NCBI RefSeq assembly: GCF_001194135.2 | Contig: NC_068982.1 | Location: 13,116,383 to 13,180,382 of the forward strand | Direction of reading: 5' to 3' | Length of the DNA: 64,000 bases | Source of the DNA: Octopus bimaculoides | Taxonomy: Eukaryota | Shown here: piece by piece, positions 1 through 11,190 of the stretch | Position numbering within the stretch: position 1 is the stretch's first letter | Layout of the letters: the number at the start of each line of letters is the position of its first letter | Made by a program: the position numbers and the translations under genes | Notes under the pieces: generated by a model | The model's input: only the letters and a program-made list of their open reading frames with translations | Told to the model about the DNA's origin: nothing | Database searches by the model: none

Positions 1-369
1 GTCCTTCCAAGCTTGTTTCTTTTGTCTAATAGCCCTGTCTACCTCCTTGTTCCACCACCACGTTACTCTGGGTTGGGAGGGGACCTTACACCACCCACAA
101 ATCTGGTCGGTGGCTTTCAACAGGTTGTCCCGCAGAAATCTCCAATTGTCTTCCACGTTGTATGATGCTATATCCCCTTCTATTTCGTTAAATGCTTCAA
201 GTAACTTGTCTCTAAGTCTCTGTCCGTTTGCAGGGTCTTTAAGCTTCCACACCCTTCTTCTCCAAGCCTGTCTAATTCTGGGCACCCATTTTGCCTTGAT
301 CCCAAAGTCGCTAACTACTAATCTATGTTGTGGGGTACATTCTTCGCCAGGGTAGGTTTTGGCATTTAT
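1..369 (-). mobile_element. RTE-clade LINE ORF2 fragment (end of APE endonuclease and linker), running off the window edge
   Basis: Minus strand translates without stops as INAKTYPGEECTPQHRLVVSDF...RRRVWKLKDPANGQRLRDKLLEAF...TWWWNKEVDRAIRQKKQAWKD, typical RTE endonuclease end (QHRLVV) and linker (WWN.EV). Confidence 0.9.
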
Positions 370-445
370 ATGTATGTATATATATGTATTCACTACATTA
401 AGCAATCAGCTTGATGTAATATTAGCTGTAACTTAACTAAATATT

Positions 446-1918
446 GATTTCAAATTTTTGCACACAGCCAGCAATTTTTGCATTAACCCCTCCCCCACCT
501 CGTATTCAACTGGTACCACTTTTATCGACCCTGAAAGGATAAAAGTCAATCTTGGCGGAATTTGCACTCAGAATGTAAAGACAAACAAAATACCGCTAAA
601 CATTTTGCCCAACATTTGTACCAGCAAAGATTATTTGCCAACATAACATGGTAGTCCTGGTTTAGGATGAATGTTACTGTAATTTAGCCCCAGAAGACAT
701 TGTCTCCAGCTGGCTATACGGCCTGACCTGTGTCCTTATATTTTTGAACAAGGGCATTTAGCACCCTAACTCAGCTTGAAACAATATCTGTGTATTGTGT
801 ATGAAATCAATATTACTTATAACCCGGAAATTGAGATACACAGATATTGTTTTGAGCTGAGTGGGGGGTGCTAAATGCCCTTGTTTGAAAATATAAGGAC
901 ACAGATCATGTCATATAGCCAGCTAGAGACGATGTCTCCTGGGGCTAAATTACAGCAACATTCGTCCTAAACCAGGACTACCATGTTATGTTGGCAAATA
1001 ATCTTTACTGTAAAGTACTGTTGCTGAATATCTCTCACTGAGATATTTACAAATAATAATTTTCTACAAAGCCAGCAATTTCTGGAAGGGGTTAAGTTGA
1101 ATTCATCAACCCCAGTGCTCTACTTGTACTTAAAATAAGTACCTTGAAAGGAGGTAAGGCAATGTCAACCCAGGTGAAATTTCAGCTTAGAATGTGAAGA
1201 TGGACGGAATGCTACTAAGCATTTTGCCTGACATGCTAATGATTCTCCCAGCTCACTGCTTTAACTTAACTAAATATTCTTTTCTATTCTAGGCACAAGG
1301 CCTGAAATTTTGGGGAAGGTGGGGGCAGTCGATTAGATTGACCCCAGTATGCAACTGGTACTTAATTTATCGACCCTGAAGGGATAAAATGCAAAATCGA
1401 CTGCAGCATAATTTGAACTCAGAATGTAATGACAAATGAAATATCGCTAAGCATTTTGCTCGGCATGCTAACATTTCTTATTTCTTTATTGCCCACAAGG
1501 GGCTAAACATAAAGGGGATAAACAAGGACAGATAAAGGGATTAAGTCGATTAGATCGACCCCAGTGCGTAACTGGTACTTAATTTATCGACGCTGAAAGG
1601 ATGAAAGGCAAAGTCAACCTCGGAGGAATTTGAACTCAGAACGTAAAGACAGACGAAATACCGCTAAGCATTTTACCCAGTGTGCTAACATCTCTGCCAA
1701 CTCACTGCTTTAACTAAATATTCTTTTCTACTTTAGGCACAAGGTGGGGACAGTTGATTAGATCAACCCCAGTATGCAATTGGTACATAATTTATCGACC
1801 CTGAAAGGATAAAAGGCAAAATCGACCTCGGCAGAATTTGAACTCACAGCATAAAAACAGACGAAATATCACTAAGCATTTCACCCAGCATGCTAACGTT
1901 TCTGCCAGCTCACCACCT
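446..1918 (-). mobile_element. Cluster of five same-orientation tRNA-derived SINEs (family A) with a nested fold-back element
   Basis: Repeated reverse complement of head GAGCTGGCAGAAACGTTAGCA...GAGTTCAAATTCC (B box) and core TTTGCCTTTCATCCTTTCAGGGTCGATAAA at about 446-617, 1063-1260, 1279-1475, 1475-1709 and 1723-1918. Confidence 0.88.
622..1062. mobile_element. Fold-back element (about 175 bp inverted arms, 40 bp spacer) with one-sided extension
   Basis: 622-795 is the reverse complement of 836-1010; second family member at 59557-60025. Confidence 0.85.
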
Positions 1919-2597
1919 TAACTTAAATAAATATTAACAGCAACTTAATCTTACAGTATTTTGTTTCATCTTTCTAAATCCAAATCAATTTTACCTTTTA
2001 CCCTTGCAATATTTCTAAAATTTGTACCAGTCAATTATAATTAACATCCTTACAAAAAATTGGCCGAGTGCCCAGTAGAATGTAATCAATATTTCTTCAC
2101 AGTAATTTTGGATATGGTTTTACTGATGGATGTCACTCTCAGAGCTTCTGTTCCTAAAGAATATTTCCAATGTATCCGACAACAATACCATATTTAGAGA
2201 CTACAACGTAAACAGCTTATTGATCATCAGTAATAATAGCTAAAAGTGCAGTCTTGATATCACTGTACTATCTCTTTTTTTGTTCTTCAATATCATTGTA
2301 TTTATTGTTGTTATTGTTTCAGTCAATTGTTAATCCACATTTTCCAAAATGGGAATTAGGCCAAAATATTCAATCATTATATGTTCAATATTAACTTCCA
2401 ATATATCATCTAATATATGTCAACGAAGTTGTGACTTTGGCTTCTTATTAACTGATAATCAAATTTTTAATAACATATCATTTGATACCATTTATATGCT
2501 CATTAATGTGAGCAGACAAAATTACAATATTATTTCATTAGTTGGTAGTAGTATGAAGCCTTACATTTTCTAGGGTTTCTTGTTAGGTTTGTCTTAG

Positions 2598-2687
2598 TGC
2601 ATTGAACACTTAGTGGAATCAGTAAAATGTTTTACCCATAATCCAGAAACATTGTCCATATACAAGGTATTCAAAAGTCTCTCTGCA
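2598..2687 (+). CDS. Candidate internal exon of unidentified gene (CIEHLVESVKCFTHNPETLSIYKVFKSLSA)
   Basis: ttgtcttag acceptor, GTAAGT donor at 2688, 90 bp, only one frame open; no homology recognised. Confidence 0.25.
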
Positions 2688-2805
2688 GTAAGTATTTTAT
2701 TGCAAAATAAATATTTATAAGATGGTATAAGACTACAAAAGAATATATTAGACTTTACAAGACTTTAAAAAAGCTTTTTAAGAGGTGCTGAAAGTGTCGT
2801 CCTTC

Positions 2806-3208
2806 GAGCACCGTTTGAGTGTGATCGTTGCCAGAGCAGCTGTCTGGCTTCCTTGCTAGTGGCACGTAAATAGCACCATTTGAGCGTGATCGTTACCAGC
2901 GTCGCCTTCCTGGCACTTGTGCCGGTGGCATATGAAAAGACATTTGAGCGAGATCATTGCCAGTGCTGCTGGACTGGCTCCTGTGGAGGTGGCACGTAAA
3001 ATACATTTCGAGCATGGCCGTTGCCAGTACCGCCTGACTGGCCTTCGTGCCGGTGGCATGTAAAAGCATCCACTACACTCTCGGAGTCGTTGGCGTTAGG
3101 AAGGGCATCCAGCTGTAGAAACTCTGCCAAATCAGATTGGAGCCTGGTTAACCATCTGGTTCTCAGTCAAATCGTCCAACCCATGCTAGCATGGAAGGCA
3201 GACGTTAA

Positions 3209-3243
<35 letters not shown>

Positions 3244-3250
3244 AATGATA
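2806..3250 (+). mobile_element. RTE LINE 3'UTR copy: tandem 60-66 bp units, conserved tail, (GAT)n
   Basis: Units GCCGGTGGCACGTAAAAAGCACC..., tail GGCGTTAGGAAGGGCATCCAGCTGTAG, palindrome CCATGCTAGCATGG at 3181-3194, (GAT)n; same sequence follows the RTE stop codon at 15676-16371. Confidence 0.85.
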
Positions 3251-3490
3251 AGTTGACTCCTCAACACATGTTTTGAAAATACATCTTGAAGATAAAAATT
3301 CACTGCGGAGAGACTTTTTGAACACCCTTTACAATCCTCAGTTTATCATAAAAGTATCATGCCTTTGGAATCCACTGTGATTTTCAGTTTGATTGCTTTT
3401 TTGACTCTTCTTGTTAGTGTACAACATGTTTCCATGGAAGACTGGAAATAGAAGACATCTCTTACTTGTTGGAGATGTTCGTTTACAATT

Positions 3491-3692
3491 CATCATCACT
3501 ATTTAACATCTGTTGTCCATGGTGGCATGAGTTGGGTGGTTAAACCAGAGCTGGGAAGCTGGGGAGCTGCACCAGACTCCAGTCTGATTTTGCATGGTTT
3601 CTACATTTGGATGCCCTTCCTAATGCCAAACACTTTACAGAGCGCACTGGGTGCTTTTACATGGCACCACACAGGTGCTTTATGTGGCATGG
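3491..3692 (-). mobile_element. Diverged RTE-type 3' tail
   Basis: (CAT)n start and GGATGCCCTTCCTAATGCCAA motif. Confidence 0.6.
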
Positions 3693-4067
3693 AAACTAGG
3701 AAACAATAACACATACACTTGCAGACACACAGGAAAAAATTACAAATTTGTAAGGTACTCTGCATAAAATGTATCTCAACCTAACGCAAATGTTTCCCCA
3801 GTCTTCCTAGCTTTTTTTATCTTTGTCTGTATACACTATGGTCTTAAAATTAAAGCAACAGTAGATAATTTCATCCTAGCTGTACTATATCTAACCAACA
3901 AAAGACAAGATACTTATAGATGGTCAATTGCTTTTGATTATATGTTTGTCTACTTTATCAGGAATAACCTGGAGCTCATCTACAGCAACAACAACAACTG
4001 GTATATTATTTACATTATTTACGTTATTTACATTTGACGGATATTTGTCCTCATCTTGTTTGTTGTT

Positions 4068-4113
4068 AACACAATGTTTCGGCTGATATACCCTCCAGCA
4101 TTCATCAGGTGTC
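4068..4113 (-). ncRNA. Minimal type I hammerhead motif (mirror copy, two substitutions)
   Basis: ACAC CUGAUGA AU GCUG-GAGGGUAUAU-CAGC C GAAA CA U U GUGU. Confidence 0.5.
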
Positions 4114-4322
4114 ATGGGGAAATTTCAAACCTGGGTTCTCATTCTTACGGTATTTTTCAATGTTATTATTCTTCTTATTGTTATTATTCAGGTCACTTCC
4201 TGGAATCGAGCTCAGAATCTTGGGGTTAGTAGCCCATGCTCTTAACCACTACACCATATGCCCGTGGGCATATGGTATAGTGGTTACTTAGGAATGAGAA
4301 CCCAGGTTGGAAATTTCCCCAA

Positions 4323-4367
4323 GACACCTGATGAAGGCTGGCAGGATATCAGCCGAAATGTTGTGTT
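4323..4367 (+). ncRNA. Minimal type I hammerhead ribozyme motif
   Basis: ACAC CUGAUGA A GGCUG-9 nt-CAGCC GAAA UG U U GUGU: stem I ACAC/GUGU, stem II 5 bp, loopless stem III. Confidence 0.6.
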
Positions 4368-5013
4368 AACAACAAACAAGATGAGGACAAATATCTGTCA
4401 AATATAAATAATGTACATAATTCCTCATCTCTTAAATATAGAACTGTATCAACAACTGCTATCATTAGATGTTATACATTACCACAATTTATAATACACA
4501 ATTCTTTCATTGGCAGTAAGCCAGAAATTGGGATTATAGTCAATTGAATTATCACAATATGTTGCTTATTCTTATTTATCATTTCTGGAGGATGAAAAGC
4601 AAGTGTCAACTGAGGTGGGAATTCTAATGCAGAACACAGACAGGATGCAGACTAAAATGACAAAAGTACTGAGACACCATGTATCATTTTCTGTTTTTTA
4701 TCCTTTTACTTTTTACTTGATTCAGGCATTAGACTGTGGCCATGCTGGGGCACCACTTTAAGAAACTTTAGTCAAATGAATCTGTTATATTGCTCTAATT
4801 TAATTCTATATTCTGACTAAGTATCGACCTAAGTTTAGTGACTCTGCTTTATTTCATGCAGTCACCTTTTAAAGTGAACTTTTGACTGCCTTCTAATTTG
4901 TATACTGGTTTGTTTCATAAGTGGTATGATACTTTTTGCACGTGGATCATTAGGCTCTGCTTTTTTTAATCAGCGTGCATTTTTAAGTATATATTACGTT
5001 TTATTTGCTCACA

Positions 5014-5327
5014 TTGTTGTTGTTGTTGGCACTCGGTCGCTAACGACATTGAGGGTTCCAGTTGATCCTATCAACGAAACAGCCTGTTCATGAAATTAAC
5101 GTGCAAGTGGCTGAGCACTCCACAGACACATGTAGAAACAGGAAGAAAGAGTGAGAGAAAGTTGTGGTGAAAGAGTACAGCAGGGTTCGCCACCATATCG
5201 TGCTGGAGCCTCGTGGAGCTTTATGTGTTTTTGCTCAATATACACTCACGACGCCCGGTCTGGGAATCGAAACCGCGATCCTACCACTGCAAGTCCGCTG
5301 CCCTAACCAATGGGCCATTGCACCTCC
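5014..5327 (-). mobile_element. tRNA-derived SINE (family D) with (CAA)n tail
   Basis: Minus head GGAGGTGCAATGGCCCATTGGTTAGG...GGTTTCGATTCCC; TTTGCTCACAT repeated on both flanks as TSD. Confidence 0.75.
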
Positions 5328-5444
5328 ACTTTTGCTCACATATTCTCTCCATTATTGACTTGCATTCGAGTAATGTAATCTAAGATAATAATTCTGTATT
5401 AAAACATAACAGAATCAAACCCAATATTTATTATTTTAATTCTG

Positions 5445-5772
5445 GTACTTACTGTGTCAGTCTGTTTATCTAAACTGCTAAGTCATGGGGATGTAAACAC
5501 ACCAACACTGGTTGTCAGGTTGTGGTGGTGAAGGACAAACACAAACAAATATACACACATCCACATCCACACAGAGATTCACACACACACACACACATAT
5601 AGATACAGCAGGCTTCTTTCAGTTTCTATCTACCAAATCCATTGACAAAGTTTTCGTTGCCCCAAGGCTGTAGTAGAAAACACTTGCCCAAAGTGCCACC
5701 AGGGGTGGGGGTGGGACTGAACCCAGAACTATGTGGCTGTGAAGTAAACTTCTTATCACACAGCCATACCTG
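5445..5772 (-). mobile_element. SINE family B, diverged
   Basis: Reverse complement of GGCTGTGTGATAAGAAG...TGGGCAAGTGTTTTCTACTA, internal (CA)n. Confidence 0.75.
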
Positions 5773-5803
5773 TGTAAATGTGTGTGGATATAATTGTGAA
5801 TGC

Positions 5804-6045
5804 GGAGGTGCTTGGCTTAGTGGTTGGGTGTAGCACTTATGATCATAAGATTGTGGTTTCCATCCTGGGCAGGGCAATGCATTGTGTTCTTCAGCAAAGC
5901 CCTTCATTTCATGTTGCTCCAGTCCACTTTGCTGGTAAGAATGAGTAACCCTGTGATGGACTGGCGACCCATCCAGGTGAAGAATCTATATGCCACTGAA
6001 AATGGGAAACTGGCCCTCATGAGCTGGTATGGCTTGTGAATAGGT
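5804..6045 (+). mobile_element. tRNA-derived SINE (family E)
   Basis: Head GGAGGTGCTTGGCTTAGTGG, centre GTTGCTCCAGTCCAC...CCCTGTGATGGACTGGCGACCCATCCAGG resembling conserved central domains of widespread SINE superfamilies. Confidence 0.6.
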
Positions 6046-6052
6046 TAATACT

Positions 6053-6425
6053 CTCTTTTACTCTTTTACTTGTTTCAGTCATTTGACTGTGGCCATGCTG
6101 GAGCATCACCTTTAGTTGAGCAAATCGACCCCAGAGCTTATTCTTTGTAAGCCTAGTACTTATTTTATCGTACTGTTTTGCCAAACCGCTAAGTTACGGG
6201 GACATAAACACACCAGCATCAGTTGTCAAGCAATGTTGGGGGGACAAACACAGACACACAAACATATACACACACATACACATACATATATATATATACA
6301 TATACGATGGGCTTCTTCCAGTTTCTGTCTACAAAATCCACTCGCAAGCCTTTGGTTGGTCCGAGGCTATAGTAGAAGACACTTGCCCAAGGTACCAGGC
6401 AGTAGGACTGAACCCAGAACCATAT
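6053..6425 (-). mobile_element. SINE family B, lacking extreme 5' end
   Basis: (CTCTTTTA)n tail, TGTTTCAGTCATTTGACTGTGGCCATGCTGGAGC, internal (CA)/(TA) repeat. Confidence 0.85.
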
Positions 6426-6662
6426 GATATGTGCATGTTTAATAAATATAAATTCACCATTGCGATATAAATGGTCTTTGGGGTTAGCATGCCAGGATCT
6501 TTCTACATTATAAACTGGAGAACAGATTGACTAGTTTCAACTGGTTATTCTACCAGCTTAGCAAGATTAACGGTATGAGTTTATTGAATTAAAAAGGAGA
6601 GACTTAGAGTTGCTTATAAAATGTGCAGTGAGTTACTGAATGATTTTATTCTTGCAAAATGA

Positions 6663-6838
6663 GAGAGGCGAGGAGGCCTCCTCCTCCCCCTCCTCCTTCT
6701 CCTCTCCTCCCCTCCTCCTCTCTCTCCTCCTCCCCTTCTTTATCCTCCCTCTCTTCCCCTCCACCTCTTCCACCTCCACCCCTCTTTCTCTCCCAACCCT
6801 TCTGCCCCTCCCCTCCCCTCCCTCCTCCCCTCTTTCTG
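6663..6838. repeat. Polypyrimidine (CCT/CT)n tract
   Basis: Almost pure C/T on plus strand. Confidence 0.9.
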
Positions 6839-7020
6839 CTGCTCCTCATCATCATCATTGACATCATTGTGACCCCGAAAGGATGAAAGGCAAAGTTGAC
6901 CTTGGCAGAATTTGAGCACAGAACATAGTACCAGGCTAAATACCGCTAAGCATTTCACCCAGCATGCTAACGATTCCGCCAGCACGCCACTTAGCATCAA
7001 CAGTAATGGTATTAATAGAA

Positions 7021-7146
7021 ATAACAGTAGTAGTAGTAGTAATAGTGGTAGTAGTGGTAGTTGTAGTAGTAGCAGTAGTAGAAGTAGCAGTAGTAGAAGT
7101 AGTTGTAGTAGTAGCAGCAGAAGGAGAAACAGCAGCAGCAGCAGCA

Positions 7147-7177
<31 letters not shown>

Positions 7178-7300
7178 AAGCAATAGTAGTAGTAGAAGCA
7201 ATAGTAGTAGTGGCAACAGCAGCAGAAGGAGAGACAGTAATAGTAGTAATAGTAGTATTAGTAGTAGTAGCAGCAGCAGCAGCCTCAGTAGTGACAGTAA
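7021..7300. repeat. Compound (AGT)n/(AGC)n microsatellite
   Basis: Direct inspection; source of the poly-Ser/Leu/Val ORFs. Confidence 0.95.
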
Positions 7301-8042
7301 TTATTGTTGTTCTTGTGAAACAGCCTTAGTTCTCTCTTACTTTACATTTCCCTATTAGGAAGAATATAACGAACTTTAACACATAATGAGAGATTCTGCT
7401 CTGATTTAATTCACACTTTTTTTTTTTATTTATGAAAAAATAATTAAGATTTGCAACTTGTTTCTTTTTTTCTTTTTAAACCAAAGAGGAACAAGATTGA
7501 TTTTGTTTGTCACTTTGGAAAAGTTTGTTCCTATTCTCCAAATTTATGGGAGAGACAATAACAGATTCGTCATTATTTTTGTTTGTTTTTGCCTTTGTTT
7601 TTTGTTTGTTTATATTTTTATATTGCCGTACTGCTTCTCTTTCCCATATAAATTCCTATTTTGGTAAGGACATCTTGACACATACCACTCTGTGATGTCA
7701 CAATACTGCTACTTTAATATTTGCATTGATCACTCTCTTCCCATTTAATCTCACAAATTCATTTTTCTTCCCACTTTTAGCAAGAGAAAAGAAAGGAACA
7801 ACAGAAGCGCACAACGTAACCCCCCCCCCCCCAAGATTCTGAAATGTTTCTTTCGCATGTTACAACCGAACCCTTCNNNNNNNNNNTCGCATGTTACAAC
7901 CGAACCCTTCCCTTCATCACAGAATACTTAATTTCTTATTCATTCTTCCCTTAATTTTTTTTTTTTTTTTCCTTTCACTGATGCCATTGTCTCTCTGCTT
8001 TTCCTTACTTCTGATATTGCATTCTCTTCATTCAACTCCTTT

Positions 8043-8064
8043 ACTATTATCATTATTATTATTA

Positions 8065-8118
<54 letters not shown>

Positions 8119-8130
8119 GCAACATCATTA
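8043..8130. repeat. (ATT)n microsatellite
   Basis: Direct inspection. Confidence 0.95.
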
Positions 8131-8643
8131 TTATTATATATCGTTTCGAGTCTTCTTTTGCTGTTGTGTTCTTTTCACTTTTCTTTCATCATTTTTTTTT
8201 TCGTTATTTCTCTGTTTTTTTTTCTTTCTATTTTTTTTTTTGTTTTTTGGTCATATAATATTCTACATATGTTGCTTTGTTAATAGACATTTATTTGGAA
8301 ATTTCTCCTGATTGTTCTCCATTCTTTCTACTGTATTTATTTAGTTCTCCATTCATTATCCTTTGTTGTAACTTATTTTCAAGAATCCAAAAATGGACAG
8401 TTCTCATCACAATAATAATCAATAACTTAATTCACATCAATCTCAACACAAAGAATACATTTTATTCTATTTTATTCCATTTCTATTTTTTTTTTTCTGT
8501 TTTTGTTTTTTGGTTCACATTATACTAAAACTGCATAGAGCTGATGCCTAAAATAGATCAATGTTAAAGTACACAAATATATATATATATGTATGTATCT
8601 ATGTATGTGTGTCTATTTATATATATATGTACATATATATGTA

Positions 8644-10015
8644 TCATCATCATTATCATCATCATCGTTTAATGTCTGCTTTCCATGCTAGCATGGGTTG
8701 GACGATTTGACTGAGGACTGGTGAACCAGATGGCTGCACCAGGCTCCAATCTGATCTGGCAGAGTTTCTACAGCTGGATGCCCTTCCTAACACCAACCAC
8801 TCCAAGAGTGTAGTGGGTGCTTTAACGTGCCACCTGCACGAGGGCCAGTCAGGTAGTATTGGCAATGGCCATGCTCAAATGGTGTTTTTTAGGTGCCACC
8901 TATGCAGGAGACAGTCTAGCGGCACTGGCAATGACCTTGCTTTTACTCTGAGTGAGAGTCCCTTTGTCGCAAGCAGAGGTAAGAGCTCTCTGAACCTTGC
9001 CCACTATTCTTATTCTAGCAGCTACACTTTCAGCGCACCCACCGCCACTACTAACTTGGTCACCCAAATAGCGGAAGCTATCAACTACCTCTAGTTTTTC
9101 TCCCTGGAATGAGACAGAAGTTGTTTCCTGTTTGTTTGCAGTGTTTATTGCACCTGAACATCTGCCACATACAAAAACTAACTTCCTAGTTAACCTGCCT
9201 TTGATGTTGCTGCACCTCTTATGTGTCCATAGCTTGCACTGGGTACATCTTATAGAGTTACTACCTACTCCTTTTCTACATGCTGAGCAGGGCCATCTAC
9301 CTGAAGGGGTTTGTGTTTTATCTACCTTCCTACTTATTAGGATTTTGGTTTTAGNNNNNNNNNNNNNNNNNNNNNNNNNNNNNNNNNNNNNNNNNNNNNN
9401 NNNNNNNNNNNNNNNNNNNNNNNNNNNNNNNNNNNNNNNNNNNNNNNNNNNNNNNNNNNNNNNNNNNNNNNNNNNNNNNNNNNNNNNNNNNNNNNNNNNN
9501 NNNNNNNNNNNNNNNNNNNNNNNNNNNNNNNNNNNNNNNNNNNNNNNNNNNNNNNNNNNNNNNNNNNNNNNNNNNNNNNNNNNNNNNNNNNNNNNNNNNN
9601 NNNNNNNNNNNNNNNNNNNNNNNNNNNNNNNNNNNNNNNNNNNNNNNNNNNNNNNNNNNNNNNNNNNNNNNNNNNNNNNNNNNNNNNNNNNNNNNNNNNN
9701 NNNNNNNNNNNNNNNNNNNNNNNNNNNNNNNNNNNNNNNNNNNNNNNNNNNNNNNNNNNNNNNNNNNNNNNNNNNNNNNNNNNNNACCCTGTCAAAGGCT
9801 TTCTCCATGTCAACGAAAGCCAGGTACAGAGGTTTATCCTTAGTTAGGTATTTCTCCTGCAGCTGTCTCACTAGAAATAAGGCATCAGTAGTGCTTTTAC
9901 CTGGCACGAACCCAAACTGCATCTCATCTAAATTGATTCACTCCCTAATTAGTTGGGCTATGACCTTCTCCGTGACTTTCATTACCTGATCTAATGGCTT
10001 GATACCTCTGTAATT
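8644..10015 (-). mobile_element. 5'-truncated RTE LINE: RT domain with embedded PHD-like finger, internal deletion, 3'UTR units and (GAT)n tail
   Basis: NYRGIKPLDQVMKV..., QFGFVPGKSTTDALFLVRQLQEKY...LAFVDMEKAFDR, SFRYLGD; one premature TGA near 9938 and a frameshift near 9005; ORF joins the 3'UTR units near 8940; N gap 9355-9785. Confidence 0.93.
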
Positions 10016-10040
10016 AAATTGTGTCGGATACATATACCGG

Positions 10041-10081
<41 letters not shown>

Positions 10082-10274
10082 AAATGGAGCAAAAACGCAA
10101 TAGAAGACAATAAAACATCTGGACAGATAGATGTTACAAATGTGGACAGGAAAAAAAGCACGGATCATTTGTGGCCTTCTTTCGTCAGTCAAAGTTACCA
10201 GATGTCCTTACAGTTTCAGGCAGTTACACTTAAGATAGTTCAATCTGGCTGCCCACCAAAAAAGTCTAAGCTAA

Positions 10275-10545
10275 GAGCATTATTCTATTTGGGTCCCTTT
10301 TGCCGAACTTCTAAGTTACACAGACGTGAACACACCAACATCAGTTGTCAAGCGATGGTGGGGTGACAAAAACAGACACGCAAATACACATGCACACACA
10401 CACATATGTCCTATGGGCTTCTTTCAGTTTCCATCTACCAAATCCACTCACAAGGCCAACCTGAGGCTACATTCGAAGACGCTCAGTAGGACTGAACCTG
10501 GAACCATGTGGTTAGTAAGCAATCTTCTTGCCACACAGCCAATTT
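10275..10545 (-). mobile_element. SINE family B, internally deleted
   Basis: GGACTGAACCTGGAACCATGTGGTTAGTAAGC and GTGAACACACCAACATCAGTTGTCAAGCG. Confidence 0.75.
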
Positions 10546-11190
10546 GCATTAGGAAAAACTTTTAAAAAAGTATTGATTTTCAAAGTGGTGAGTTGCTACG
10601 ATACTTTAGAGACATTCCCCTCACATAACAACATGTAATGCAATCCATATTCAGAGATTACTCATTCACTGCTTTTATAGGTAGTAACATTGGTTGACTA
10701 AGTTTAAAACAAGCAGCGATAATGTCCACCTACTCTGCATCGTTGTCATGGTCATCATCATCATCATCATCATCATCATTGCAATCATCGCAATCATCGC
10801 AATCATCATCATCATAATTTTATATCTGCTTTCTTTTTTTTTCATGTTGGCATGAGTTAGGTAAGTTTGTTTTCATACAGTGTCTCATCTCTTGTCATTA
10901 GCCTTTGTTATCTGATTTGTGAAAACTATGAAATTCTGTTATGTCAGATTTTTTGGAATGATTTTCATGGCTAGATGCCATTCCTACTGCCAACCACTTT
11001 ACAACATGGATCAGCTGCCTCTTATCATACCTCCAACACAGCAACATGCTGTACTGCATGAAGCAAAAATTGTCACATGTAGCATGTATCAGATTTATTC
11101 AAAGTTATAAATCTCCTAGCCAAGTTTCTATCACCACAGCTAGTGGAATCTATATCTATACCATTCCATCTTAGAATATATAACCAACAC

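Larger units (their letters stand above)
4003..4446. mobile_element. Head-to-head fold-back pair of tRNA-derived SINEs with hammerhead-bearing tail (family G)
   Basis: Central 20 bp palindrome 4244-4263/4266-4285; left arm read on minus has tRNA-like head (A box TGGTGTAGTGG, degenerate B box), (AAT)n-like tract and tail; right arm lacks about 100 bp. Confidence 0.85.

Noticed and set aside
4170-4270. tRNA-like sequences here and at all SINE heads
   Set aside because: No intact cloverleaf; each continues into a SINE body, so none is called a tRNA gene.
7853-7910. 24 bp direct repeat TCGCATGTTACAACCGAACCCTTC on either side of a 10 N gap
   Set aside because: Typical unmerged contig overlap artefact.
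6640-8283. Long ORFs rich in Ser, Leu, Val, Pro, Ile
   Set aside because: Translations of microsatellites.
10080-10260. Possible Penelope-type fragment with CUGACGA and GAAACUGUA strings on minus
   Set aside because: Motifs are in the wrong order for one hammerhead; family not assignable.
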